DNA from: Cycas panzhihuaensis
Lineage: Eukaryota; Plantae; Cycadophyta
Length of the DNA stretch: 64,000 nt
Reading direction: 5' to 3'
Assembly: GCA_023213395.1 (NCBI GenBank)
Contig: CM041465.1
Span: forward strand, 149,613,741-149,677,740
Positions 38,901 through 53,000 of this stretch are shown here, piece after piece. Every line of letters begins with the position of its first letter. Position 1 is the first letter of the stretch. Below the pieces are notes generated by a model, which made no database searches, was not told the origin of the DNA, and saw nothing but the letters and a program-made list of their open reading frames with translations. The translations under genes and the position numbers were made by a program.

Positions 38901-40790
38901 TTTCTTGTTTCTTCCTTTTCTTTTCTTTTTTTTTGTGTTTTTTTTAGGGAGAGGAGGGGAAAAGGAAATGACAAGAAAAATAAAGAAATGCTTGTGCTTT
39001 TTCTTTTTTCTTTTTCATCTTTCTTCTTCTATCTTTCCCTCTAAAAGCATCAAATGAAAAATGATAAACCCAAGGAGATGGTGGGTACCTAGAAGAAAGT
39101 AGGTTGATGAAGTAATAACACCCCTCTAACAAACCTTGGTGTCCCTGGCACTATTAGAAAGAAATGAAACTAATACTTACCTGCTCCTAAGAGGATTTCG
39201 ATAGCATTTTTACTTACCGAAAGCTCCTTTTGACAAAAAAAAAAGTAGAAAATGCAAAAGAAAAATTTAGAGAGAAAATAAGAAGGAAGGGAGATATATA
39301 ACTTAACTCCCCCAAAGATGGTTGGCGTGAGAGTTATTGAAATGTTTGCATGATAGAGAATAATTAAAAGCCTCATAATATTTTATCTCCTCCCCACAAA
39401 TAAGTTAGCTTTCTTGTAAAGATCATAAGCCTACTATATTTCTAATGGAAATGATTATGTAGAACTCACATAAGTTCAAAACATAAAGGAAATAATCCTA
39501 AATCTATGGGCACTAAAAAGAAATATGAGAAGGATTGGGGTGCCTCAAAATGGCAATCATTCCTCTATATGTTTGGTTTCCTAAGTTATAATTAGGAAAC
39601 CTCCCTAAACATGCAACTTTCTCATAAGGAATCAATCAAGAAAACATGCATAAAAAGGCAAGGACAGACTCCAATCATAAATTAAATGATATGATGGCAA
39701 ATAAAAGAACCCAACTAGCAAATCACCATCAAGAAAATCATATAACATGGTATGATTAAGATGAAATAAGGAGAATGAAGATTAGCTCAACATGAAATAG
39801 TAGATTACTTATACCTTGGTGAGGGGATGATGTCCAATGGCTACTAAATCTCTTCCATAATGACTCTCTAATAGCTCTTAGATGTTTGCTTATAATCTCC
39901 TAATTGAAAGCTAGTTGATTGATCTAAATACTAGAATTCTAGCAAAATTTCGATAGCATGACCCTAAGGTTTCTCTTACAAAATGGTCACCTCCCTTTCT
40001 TTAGAAAAAGGAGGGGATTTTATAGATGAAATAGAGTAAGAGATTAGTGGTTTTTATCCCACAATGTGGGGAAACCATCAATTAAAAAACATGAGTCATG
40101 CTTATGGTTTGAGAGATTTTGGTTGAAAAGATTAAGAAAATATAAGGTATGAGACATGTTTAGCCTTTTAATGTTGATGCAAGTTGACGTGAGGCCAATG
40201 TGACTTATCAAGTTTGAGATTTAGCCATTAATGATTTTATTGTCACCATTAAACCTAAATCTAGGTTAGTGACAATTGTACTATAAATTTCTTTGTAGTG
40301 TCGTAAATATATTTGCAATACCACAAAATACTTCACAGTACTTCTAATGCAGACAAAAATCAAAGTGGTAAAGAAACAAGGTATATTTTTCACCAACTTT
40401 CCCTTACGCAATGAAATAAACTCACTAATGGCAAGTCTTACATGTATCAATCAATTAGCAATAGGTGAGAACAAGATGAAAATGAGGCCAAACAAGCAAA
40501 AAGAGATAACAATTAGTAAAGAAATGTGTTACAATTAGTCAAGGTGACATCTTTTCCAACCTAAGAACATAAATGGGTAGACATAAGGGCCATGAACCAA
40601 AGTCTTGATCGTCATTAGCATGCAAAAATAGGGTATGGATCAATCATCAAGCAAGTAACTAAGCATGTACAAACCATACAATCTCATATGTATGTCAGTA
40701 AAGAGTGAAAAGTGGCAAGAATCATATTTGAACTTATCTTATTTGGTCGAAGATCCATACCTCATTCCTGGAAGCCAGGAAATAGTTATT
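32960..40790 (-). mobile_element. Old Tat-type Gypsy element related to the element at 1-9101 (LTR, gag, protease, integrase; no RT/RH seen). Its 3' region probably continues to about 23 kb
   Basis: The reverse complement of 36240-36810 is collinear with gag 2878-3450. Protease NGSSVNV at about 35105-35125; integrase with LVYGLEVVLSLEVKIPSLRV (33171-33404); LTR-like 38.8-40.8 kb. Confidence 0.8.
32980..34100 (-). pseudogene. Tat-type integrase
   Basis: HHCC remnant (HFGGQY...LGFYYPTLFKDA...QC) at about 33900-34005, PYYP*ANG near 33540, and a GPF-like C-terminus at about 33085. Confidence 0.85.
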
Positions 40791-41979
40791 GAGCTTGTTT
40801 TGAAGATGTTTACTAATTTTTTGTAGGTTTATTAGTGAAGGCCATTACAAGTATCTAGCTAAGGATTCATTACCATTATTGAACTATTTTAGAGGCTATT
40901 GTGAGTATCTCAGGTTCTACAAAAGGTGGTGTTCTATAGTTCATCATCTACCTCACGTAGACATTTTTTGCCAAAAGAAGGTATTTCTCAAAGATGTCCA
41001 ATTATTTTCTTTCGAGTGAATCAATCAACTTAAGGATTAGGTGAATTTGTGGATTTTATTTCACTATTAGGCTCCATACAATTGATAAAACTACATCATA
41101 TGAACATTCATTTTGATCCTCATTATGTCATCCTTTTAATGAAAGTGACAAAGTGAAATTTTACTATTCCAATAAAAAGATCTAGCCTTATGTATCCATA
41201 CTTAATCAATCATTTTTTAAAACCCAATTTTATTTTTATTTTTTATATAGCTTAGAAATTTTAGGTTATATTTATTAGAACATCCCTTGAATATTCTCAT
41301 TTTGATAAAAGACCTTAGCCTAAAGTTTGTCATTTTATTATTTTTTAATCATTTTTTAAGTTTTCTAAAGTATTTTTTAAAGCAAATTTTTAGGAATTCT
41401 TTTCTTTCTTATATAATATTGCTTAAAACATATAAAATTTTAATACTTTCATCACAAAATCTTTAAAAAAAAAAACTTGAAATATTAAAAAGATAATACT
41501 TAAATTAAATAACCCCAATTACCTACCTTGTAAGGGTAATTGTTAGGATCTCTGAAGTAACTACTTCACACATGCTAGTGAGCTTTCTTGAACTCTATGA
41601 ATAATAAACAAAGATATTAGCTATTAGGTGTATTGAGTGACAGGCTAAGGTGTTATACTAAAACCTTAGAATTTAGAGACTTGGCTAAGCTTAGAGGTGG
41701 TGAGTGCCTTGGTTGTTAAATGTGCCCTTAGATAAGGATTTGTCATCCAGGCTATAAATCTAGCATAAGTGGGTCAACAGTATCAAGGGGGTGACTAAGC
41801 CTTCTATAGCACCCATAATCCTTTGGATATATTAGGTCTTTAAGATACCACTTGTGAGTAGGTATACAATTAGACATGATCATCTTAATTTCTAAGGGCT
41901 ATTAGGAAAGAAGACACAAAGACATAGACACTAGATTAGTATATATTTTTTAGGTAGATAGGACATATACTTCAGATAT

Positions 41980-44396
41980 AATGGAATTTGAAATGGTTGC
42001 AACTAATGTAATTAAATTTTCTAGCAGTGATAATTTCTTATTTTAGAAGAAATAAGTTAATAATATACTAATAATAAACAAACTATGGCCTTATGTTTCT
42101 ATTAAAATTCTTATGTTAGTTAACAACCAAAATCCCAATGATCCCAGTGTTGTCATTCCTATCAATCCTAATGTTGTAGTCACCTTTAAAGAATTTGATG
42201 AAGTTACCCTTTCCTTGTTACATTTATCCTATGAATATAACATTAATTAGAACATTGAATAGGCCCCCACCTCTACTAATGCTTGGAATATCATTTGTGC
42301 TCTTAATGAGAGGAAAGATAATGTTAGGGATGTTATGCTTAAAGACAAACTCCACTCTACTTCATTTGTTGGACCTATTATAGCCCATTTGATACAAATC
42401 AAAGTGATTAAGAATTAGTTAACTATTTTGGATTAGCCACTAGATGACAATGATCTCATATACTATATAGTTAATATGTTGCCACCTAGATATAATTCTC
42501 TCATATCCAATCTATCTAATATAGATCTTCTTGCCATACTTGACTTTAACACATTTGAGGATCTACTAGTTTAAGAGGAATATATTTTAAATAAATTAAG
42601 GAATCTAGGTATCTCCTTTTCTACTCCAGCTTTTGTAGCATAACATAGAGGAAGACAATAACATCCATACATAACTCAATAGTTTGATATAATGAATTTG
42701 AACCAAGATCACCAATAATAACCGTCATATCCTACTTAGATTATTTGTTACTATTATGGTAAAACTGGATATATATCACTTGCTTCTCCTCCTATTCTTC
42801 TAAATGTTCCTCTAAAATAATAGCCTCCTTTAACATCATACACTCTTGGTATGTCATCTGTACCACCTACCTCCACTTCATCATCTACATCAACTAGTCC
42901 TATGAAAGATATTCAAGATGAGGTTACTTTAAAGTAACTTCCCAAATGGTATTTACAGATAATCTCTTCTACTTTCTCACCACCACAACAAACAAAGAGG
43001 CAATCTAAGTATAGATTATCCATCAACTTTGCTCTAATGGTAAAAGTATTGCTAGCTCCTAAACTAACCACTTTTGAGGAAGTTATTATAGATCAAAAGT
43101 CATAAGCAATTATAAATGAAGAGATAAACTCTATATTACAAAATGACACTTGGGAACTAGTTGAGCCACCTGAAGGAAAGAAACCTATTGATTATAGATG
43201 GATAATAAGAGAAAATATATTTAAATCAACCTCTTGACTATATTGTTCACTTGGATATTTATAAGAGAAAATATATTTAAATCAACCTCTTGACTATGTT
43301 GTTCATGGAAAATAACACCTAGTTTGTAAGATAAAAAAGGCTCTTTATGGCCTTAAGCAATCCCCTCACACATACTTTCAAAAGCATAGACTTATATGCT
43401 CATTTTTAGATCCAAATTTATATATCAAAATCCATAATAAGTTTATCACTCTGGCAATGACACAAAATGGATTACATAACTCATAGGATAAATAAATAAT
43501 AGCTTTGAGATGACTAACCTTAGGCTATTTCATTACTTTCTTGGCATGGAAGTCTGGCAACAATCTAACCATATCTTCCTCTCATAGTCTAAATATGTAA
43601 AAGAAATTCTTCAAAAATTCAAGATGGAAGAATGTAAGCCATCACCAACTCCTATGGAGACAGTATTAAAACTAGACATTGATGAACATGATAAACCTAT
43701 AGATCCTACTTTGTATAGATAACTTGTAGGAAAATTAATTTACCTCACATATACTTAACCTAATATTTTATATGCTATTGGGATCTATTCAAGGTTTATG
43801 AGTTAGCCCAAGACTTTATATTAAAAAGCAATAATGAGGATCCTAAGATATCTTTGGGGTACTCTCTAGTTTGGATTTGATCACTATCATGTGAACAATC
43901 CTTTATTCACAAGTTATGTATATGCAAATTAAGCTAAATATAAAGATAGTTGTATATCGACCTCATATTACTGTTTTAAATTGGGTTCTACCTCAATTTT
44001 CTGGAGTTGTAAAAAAAATAACCTAATGTCATTTTATCTTCAACTAAAGTTGAGTATAAAGTCATTGTCAGTGTAGTTGTTGAGGCTATTTAATTTAAAA
44101 GGATTCTTGAAGAGTTTAGAATCAATTAAATATAAGCTACTTTACTATTATGTGATAATTAAAGTGTTCTTAAATTGACCAAGAATTATATGTTTCATGT
44201 AAGGATAAAAATATATCAAGGTACACCATCACTTCATCAAGGAGAATGTTCAAGATGGTGAAATGAATTTGGTCTATAAACTAATTGATGATTACATTGT
44301 AGACATTTTTACAAAGTCACTTTCTCATGGTAAATTTAAAAGGTTTTGGCTTGGCCTCAGTATCAAAATTAATAAACTCATTATTAAGGGAGGGTA
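41980..44396 (+). mobile_element. Internally deleted Ty1/Copia relic (gag, RT, RH, PPT; protease and integrase missing)
   Basis: Gag knuckle remnant ICYYYGKTG (about 42743), NDTWELVEPP (43142), ALYGLKQSP (43340), YFLGME, HHFIKE, VDIFTKSL, and PPT AAGGGAGGG at about 44386. Confidence 0.85.
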
Positions 44397-46220
44397 ATGG
44401 AAGAATTAATGTTGACTTCATTAATTCTTATTTACTTATTATAATATAATAATATTATAACTTAAGGAAGAAGACTCACGGTGCATGGAGCAATAGAACT
44501 ATCATAGAATTGCCAAGAAATGTCATTGAAATGTTAAAAATAATGAGTTTATTTAGTTCCCATTTATCCTTTATTTAACATTGTTTGGTTTCTGTTTCCT
44601 CAGTTTATACTATTTTTCAACTCCACAATCAATAAAACCTTAGATGGAATGAATGCAATGGAGTAGTGATAGATAAGAGCATCCTATTGAAACTAAAAAG
44701 ATGGCTATCATAAAAGAATAGACTGTTAACTATACATAGAAAGGAGAATGATCTATAGGCTAAAACCAACTTGTAGCCATTACTCATATGGGCATTAATT
44801 CCATTAGTGATGATATCTAATCATAGACACAATGGTACTCATCTGTGCAGAAATATTTAGCCATGAAATCCTTGTGTAATTGTAATAAGTCTAGAGAAGC
44901 TAGTTATGATGATGTGAAAGGTTTAATAGTATATTTTGATCAAATTTTTATGGTTTTTGATTGATTTAGTTGCTTAGTTTGTCAGTTTGCATAGGACGAA
45001 TAAGTACAAAAATTTTGACTTTATAATAAAAGTTTTTACAATGGTAATGCTTAATTAAATTATATTGAATAAAGGTTTAGAGTTTGTGAAATCCCCTTAT
45101 ATAATAGCAAGTGGTCACATGGTGACTTAAGACAACCAAGGGGCCTAGGTGAAGGGGGATAAACTAATTTTTGAAGGAGTGTTCAGTATTTTTATGACCT
45201 AATGTTACTATTTTGGTCATAAGTTTTCATTGGGAAAGAACACTTTGGGGCAAGTTGAAATGAGTGATTGCAATGCATGCTTTAAAAATTATAGATTAGT
45301 GATTTTAATGGTTAAAGTTTTTCAAAGGAGTTTTGATAAGTAAAACTTTACAATTTTTAAATAGTTTGAGAGTTGATTTGGCATCTTAAAATTTTTCTTA
45401 GGCTCATGGATATATTTATGATGAAAATGACTAGTTATTAGTGAATGCAAATAAGTTTTCATTGGTTTGTCTAACTTTTATGGTTTTAAGGCTCAAGTTA
45501 TGTGGTTTTAAGAGGGATGCTAAGAAATCCCCCTAATATTATAAGGATTTAGTAGCAAAGCATTTTTTCATACCTAGTTATTGTTCACTTGGATATTAAT
45601 TAGGGCCTAGTTGATTAAACACTTGTTTCAGTGTTTCACTTATTTAGAACCTCATGTAACATCATTGCATTTGTGTAGTATTGATAAAACAACACATGCA
45701 TAAAACATGTTGTAGATGGCTACTTTACAGATGGGTGTATGAAGTTATGATTAAACCTATCAACTTGTCATATAGTTTTACTCAAAGAACTATTCTTGTA
45801 TGGTTGGTCCATAGTGCAGTGGGTGGGGCTAAGGGTTTTCATCTAGGTTTGTCTCCTCAGGATGTAGTAGAGACAAAAGTAGGTAGGATGGGAGTAGGGA
45901 AAACTTCTTGTGTTGATAGGGAAGGGAATTTCGAAGACCTGGCGAGTGCATTAGTATATTTTAGTCTTGGAGCTATTTATTATATGGTTAAGGAGAAGAC
46001 ATCATATGGCATAATGTTAACTTGGTTGTTGTTATGGTTTTAAGTGGATGATTGGTTTCATATTCGATTACATGCTTATGATCTAATTCCTTATTTAACA
46101 TGTCTTACTTATAGGGGGTAATTATGATTTTTTAACTTATAAGTTATGTATTTCTACATTGAGCTAAAGTTAGGATTTAGACACTTTTAACTTATCAATA
46201 TTAAACATTAAGGGGGAGAT

Positions 46221-46728
46221 TATTGAGTTATGCAATGTTAGCCACATAAAATAATATTGAATGTTCTTCTACTTAAACTTTGGTTAAGGTGACATATACA
46301 TACATGTTAATGTAAACTCCTATTAGGAGGTGAGAAGGATTTTGAAATGTGATAGGATCATCATGAAGTGGATTATCTTATGAATATATACACATCCTAC
46401 TTGAGAAACTTGAGAGTGGATGGAATAACTTTATTATGTGATTAATAGAGTGGAGCTGGCCTCAAACCTCCTCCCATGGTTTTTCTCTAGTTTGAGTTTT
46501 TCATGTTTATATTTTGTGTCTCATGGTGATTATACATGTTCTTATATTTATCTTGATTTGCATAATGTTTGTGTATATATGTTATAGTTTATTTTTTTCA
46601 TACTTCCACTATTATATTATTCTTTGACATAGTATATCAATTTATTATTGTATCATAGAATTATTATGGCTAGCTTATTTCTAACATTTGGTATTATAGC
46701 TCTAACACTTGATATCAGAGCTTTAACA
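46221..46728 (+). repeat. 3' LTR preceded by a PPT and followed by two PBS-containing 21-bp units
   Basis: AAGGGGGAGAT at 46210-46220; LTR ends TAACA at 46686; units TTTGGTATTATAGCTCTAACA and CTTGATATCAGAGCTTTAACA. Confidence 0.7.
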
Positions 46729-46826
46729 TTTTCTATTAGATCTCCCATGCTTTAAACATCATGAGGATCTATTGCTTTGGGCTAAGTATATGTGGGTATA
46801 TGCTTATACATGAAATAAAGTAGATC

Positions 46827-46966
46827 TATAATGAGCCTATTCCTGTAACCATTCAACATAGAGAAATAGAAATAGAAAATAATAGACAAAAGATAAAGAA
46901 TGAGATGGAAGTTCCAAAGAATATTTATTAACATAAGATTACAAATATATAATGATCATCCTACTC

Positions 46967-47046
<80 letters not shown>

Positions 47047-48908
47047 GGGCTATTAAGACTACCCATCTCTTAGACTTATGCATGTAGGATAATTACAATA
47101 AGAGTAGCATCATATATTGGAGGATTATAACATGTCCTCTCCTCTAGAATGATTTACCCTTAAAGCATCCTAATTTAATGATATATGTGACCACCTCCTG
47201 TTGTTATTATCCAATCAATAGCTCTTGCAAAAGTCGTTAGAAAAGTTGCATATAGAATGAGGATCTATCCATTCCACATTGATTTTGATATACTATAGAT
47301 ATCCTCTGATATACTCTGGATACCTGTAATGTTGAAACATTAAGCCTGAATGTTATATGTGCCTAGTATTTGTAGTTGATGAGTACTTTTCTTGATAAGT
47401 TTTGTTGTATTCAGCCTCTTGATAATGTGGATGTCGATATGGTTCCACTTTAGTTTATCTTTCAACTATTAGTGATGCCTTTTCTTCTTTGTCCTTGGGT
47501 ACAATTAGTGGTGTGGTATGGCAAACAACTTCTGCTACTTAATCATGACATTCATTTTCTCTCTCATCATCATTTTTTTATTCTTGACTTTGTGGAGTGG
47601 GGAGAATTCCTTGCCCATGCTATAATTATACTGCTCAAGTATTTGATGAGATTCTTATTTATCTTGCTCAAGGTTTTATATCTCTTTCCACCAATAAGCA
47701 TTATATTTTATATGGAGAGTTATTACTAGCCTGTAAAATGTATTAATTGGACCAGTTATACTATACCAATCCTTAAACCAAAGGTAAGCCTCCTCTTATA
47801 AATACAATGAGGCTACTTTAGTCATCTCTTTATTTTTGTAGTAGTTATCATCAAGTGTTTCTAAATATGCATGCATATATGTAACCTAATCATCTACAGA
47901 AAGAGTTCCATCTGCATTAAAGATGTGTAGTATGGGCCTTGTTATACCTATGATAATATGTATGTAGGAGAGATCATGGGTGTCTATAGCCTATTATCCC
48001 CTAATTTTGATACAAAAATATATAGTGGCCCTTTAGAGCAATGATTTTGTAACCAAAGTCTAAATGACCAAGAAAAGTATAATATGAAACCCTAAAATTA
48101 AAAAAAAAAAAAATCTCTAAAAAAATATAGCTAATAAATGTATAAAATATAAATAAAAATGATAGCCTCTAAAATATTATTCTAATGGTTTATATGGAAT
48201 TAAATTATGATATTTAGATCAAAAGTTATGACATTTTTAAGAATTTCATTGTTAGGGTTTCTAGGGGCTGTAATAGTACATAATAATAAAATACTAATAA
48301 CTTTCTACCCTAGACTTTTATTAGTCTCAAACCACTTCCATTAGAAAGTAAATTTAAAAATTCATAGAATCAAAAAAAAATTTGAGGTCATTTGGATGCA
48401 TGTAGCCAAAGTTATAGCTCTTTGAAGTTGAGGTAGAAAATCTATCCTAGAAATATGGGACTAGAAAATGTATGCCAAAATTAATTATGTTATGATTTTC
48501 ACACTTTCACCACAAAATCTATAGTGTTACCACTCAAAATTTATGGGATGATCCATTTCATCTTAATTTTCTATTACTTTTTAGAAAATTTAAAATTTAT
48601 TCTCACAAATATGTCTTTAAACCCTTAATAGTAACCCCCAAATCGTTGTTATGATACTAATTGTAATGAACCTATTCCTGTAACCATTCAATATACAGAA
48701 ATAGAAATATAAAATGATAGATAAAAGATAAAGAATGGGATGAAGTTTCAAAGAATATTCATTAATATAGGATTATAAATACACTATGATCATCCCACTC
48801 ATACATTATATACATATATATGGGGCTATTAAGGCTACCCATCTCTTAGACTTATATATGTGGGATAATTACAATAAGAGTAACATCATATAATGGAGGA
48901 TCATAACA
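46827..48908 (-). mobile_element. 2.1-kb non-autonomous LTR element with a gag remnant
   Basis: LTRs at 46827-47132 and 48662-48908, perfect TSD AGATC (46822-46826 and 48909-48913), degenerate iMet PBS at about 48648-48659, PPT at about 47135-47146, gag-like KVASLYL*EEAYLWF at about 47775-47822. Confidence 0.88.
46974..47046. repeat. (CA)n(TA)n microsatellite inside the left LTR
   Basis: Visible run; the right LTR has only a short TA tract at this position. Confidence 0.95.
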
Positions 48909-50099
48909 AGATCACATTACTTATACAAGTCTTAGATAGAGCTTGGCTACAAAATTGAGCCTTTGCATACCTTTAGATATATTGGAGGACCCTTATAGGT
49001 CCTCTTGCCATCTTAGACTATGAAAATTTATTGATTACTTGAACTCTATGGTATACTAGTTAACAGTTAGTAGTAGGAAGCTACCCTTTATGAATACTTT
49101 TGCATGACTATTAACCTTATAAGGATGAACATTCTTCCATAGGTCATGCCCTGAGATATTGGGCCAAGTAACTATAATAATAAGGAAGTTTATCAAAGGG
49201 CCTATAGAGCCAAGTAAACCTTTGTTAAAGTTTAGCAGGCTTCATAATTATCTTGAGCGTAAAAAAATAATCCTTAAGACTATTATACTTCTATCACTAC
49301 TACAAATCACTATTGAATAATTCCAAAAATTATTATCCCAAGTTAATCATGTATGAGACTGTCAATTATTCCTTGAAATAAATCATTGTTAAATAACTAA
49401 AAAACATAGATAACATAACTTCATAAAGGAATAAGCATTAGTAAAGACAATGAAATATTACAAGAAAGATAATAATATTAAGATTCCTATCCAAGCCTTT
49501 AAGATAAGCCAAATCTATATCCAGTCAATCTTTTAGTTTATTTATTTAGTCCCCTCTATTATTCAGAGAGAGAGAGAGATAATTGGTTTGTAGGGATACA
49601 TTAGTTAATACTTCTTTGGTTTAGATGAAACATGTACTATTAGACTTATCATTAAAAAAAGAAAGTCCATAGCTAAAAAATTACCATAAAATTTCATACA
49701 TCTTATTTCGATTAGCATGTCATGTTGATCATTTTCTACTGGGTCAGTTTTAACCATTAGTTTCAGAGAAAATATACTTATAAGCACCTCGTAGACTCCA
49801 TTGGCCCAAATATTTATCTAAAACTCACGTACACCATTTTGACAAGCTATTTATGCTCATTCCAATGTACTAGGTCATTTTTCCCCTTAATGTTTAGGGT
49901 CAATAAGATATAGGCACCATGCCTTCTACTCACCCTTCTTTTTCCCTTTTAGTACGAATTTCCTAATTCTGTGAAGCCTATTCTCTTTACCTATCCCTAT
50001 TTCAATGAAGCCCATTCTATCTTACTTCTCACATTCCTTACATCCCCGTCTTCTTACTAGTCCCTATTCTTAGAAGCCCCTTCTTTCTCTATGATGGTT

Positions 50100-53000
50100 C
50101 CTACTTAGGAAAAAGAACCCTCACTTTGGAAACAAACTTTATAGATTTCCAAAAAGAGGTAAGAACTAAAATATTAAATCTTGTGACAAAGGCTGGCATC
50201 ACTACAATCTTGAAGAAAATAATGCAATTTATCTTAAATTCTAAAGTGTTATCATATTTGAGAGGCAACCCTCCACTATCAAATCATCTAAGCAACCCTC
50301 CATTGAATTAGGTGGGAAATCCATCATCACGATCATAGCATCTCTATCATAAGATCAATATTCTAACTTTTGACCCTCATTTTAAAAAGGAAAGTGCTTG
50401 AATTTAGGTTAGTAAGATAGAGTCCTATTTTACACCTAATTTAATATCCTAGGAAGATCAAATAATATATGCATCCATCCATATGGATGGAAAAGTGTAA
50501 CATTGGTTTCACTGGTAGAAGTAAGAATACCTTTCAAATTAGATGTGGGTACATTTCACTAATAGTTTCTTTGAAAAGTATAAGGACACTTAGAATCAAT
50601 CATTCTTCACCCATCTTATAAGGCTGAAGCAAATATCATTAGTAGAAATATATATAGATGAATTTCAAATGCCGTAGAACCAAACTGACCAATATTTAGA
50701 TAAATAAAGCATTATTGATACCTATTTCATAGGACTTAAACAACACATCTAAATGCCCCTCAAAACACTATCTCTCCCCAGTCTAAAAGAATCAAATAAA
50801 TGGCTAAAGCTATAAAGGTAAAATTTACATAGAAGAAAAAAATGCTTCCTCCCAAAGGGACCTCCCATGATTCTAATGATCCTAACAAGTTGAATCCCAT
50901 CAACCATGGCCTTGAGTTGATGATGTAGCTTGACTTATAATAGTGTACCATTTGGAAGAACCTTTAATGAAATAAGTTCAAGTTATACTAATTAAAGTAC
51001 ATTATCTAATAAAGCACATGTGTATTTAGTGCTCAAAGAAGTGAACTCCAAGACATGGCAAAATTTATAAAGCTAAGCATATGGTTTTCTCCATTGATCC
51101 CACCCTATGTTCTAAAGAAAACTTAAACTCTAATTCAAACTAAGAATAAGATGAAGAACTGCTTGTAGATCTCACCCATGACCCTCAAATAGGAACATCC
51201 CTCTCTATTGTAGCTTATGCCTCATGTCTAGAACCCTTTTAAGTTAAGGGCATCCTACATAAGACTCGAATGTCTATACTGATCAATGGTGGTGTGTCTT
51301 TAAACTTTATCAATATCTCATTAGATAGGAAACTCAACCTCTATATTATCCCTAAAACTAGTTTCACTTACTTCCTTCTAGGTTATTAAAAGTTATATTA
51401 TACTAGGGTCTAAAGAGGCACATATATCCTAGTTTTAGATTTTTTATATACTGTTTATAGGTAGGTCTAATGCCATCCTAGGGATCTAATAATTATAAAC
51501 CATTAGAACATATGATACCAATAATTCTAGAAACAATCCTTTCATCTTATTTAAAGATAGTATAGGTTAAATACATAAAATTTATTGGATCCAAACCCCT
51601 CCAAATTAGATTATCTCCCTAAGGAGAATAAAAAGACATTTATAAACCAATATAGAGTATATCATCTATATAAACAACATCCAAGTTGATCCTCAAGTTC
51701 ACCTATATATTCAAGAAATCACCAGTAAATACCACCAATTATTTTCCCCTCTTCCTACCACTCCCTCAATTAATCATGACTTTTATCACACCATCAAACT
51801 CTAGTCTCACTATGACCTAATTAGTCTTAGGTCATATAGGAACTCTTACTTCTAAAAGAATGAAATTAAGAAAATTACTATGAGCTAATGGATATGGAAA
51901 TCATTCAACTAAATAAAAGTCCCTATGTAGCTCTAATAGTTCTAATGCGTAAAAAAGATGGGTCCTTTTGCCTTTATATAGACTATAGGGATCTCAGTAA
52001 AATTATGAGAAAAATTAAGTTTCCCACACCCTGAGGATCAATGATATTCTTGATGAGATTCATGGTGCCTCTATTTTTTCTAAATTAGATTTACAAATCG
52101 GGTATTATCATATTCTAATCACCCTAGAAAATTGCCATATAACAACTTTTCAAATCCATCATGGCCGCTTTGAGATTTATGTAATACCTTTTCACCTTTT
52201 TAATGCTCTAGCCACTTTTCAATCTCTTATGAGTAGAATATTTTCTACTCATCTTTGAAAGTTTGTGATCATTTTCTTCAATGATACACTCATCTATAAT
52301 TCTTACTTGGATCACTACCTCCATCACCTAGAAATTGTCATCTAAATTTTATACCACCATCAATTATATACAAAGCTCTCTAAATGTGATTTTGGTAAAG
52401 TCAAATCATAATATTTAGGACATATTATATCATCAGAAGGGGTACAAGTGGATCTTAACAAAATATTGGTCATCACTACTTGACCATCCCCTATAAATCT
52501 CATGGAACTATATGCATTTCTTAGCCTTATTAGTTTCTATAGACATTTTATCTATAACTATGATTCTTTAATAGCCCCACTGACCAACATACTTTGTAAA
52601 GACTTATTTTAATGGCCCTCTATTATAGAAGTTGACTTTTCCCACCTCAAACTGGTCATGATTTCAATTCTAGGACTTTCCACATTATACTTTACACAAC
52701 CATTCCAACTTAAATGTGATGCATTAGGATTTGGCTTGGGTGTAGTCCTTATATAAAACTTCCACCCTATCACTTATGAAAGCCAAAAATTTAAAGACTA
52801 TGAACTTCAATTATTCACATATCAAAACGAAATGAAAGCAATCTTGCATGTAGTGGATAGGTGGCAATAATACCTTATGGGTTCAAAATTTATTATTCTT
52901 ACTAATCACCATAACCTCTGCCACCTACTGGATTAATTAGTATTATCTAAAGAATAAGCTAAATGGATCGACTACTTCTAGGTATCTGACTTTACTATAT

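Noticed and set aside
40800-41200. Possible host exon fragment
   Set aside because: No open frame or recognisable motif.
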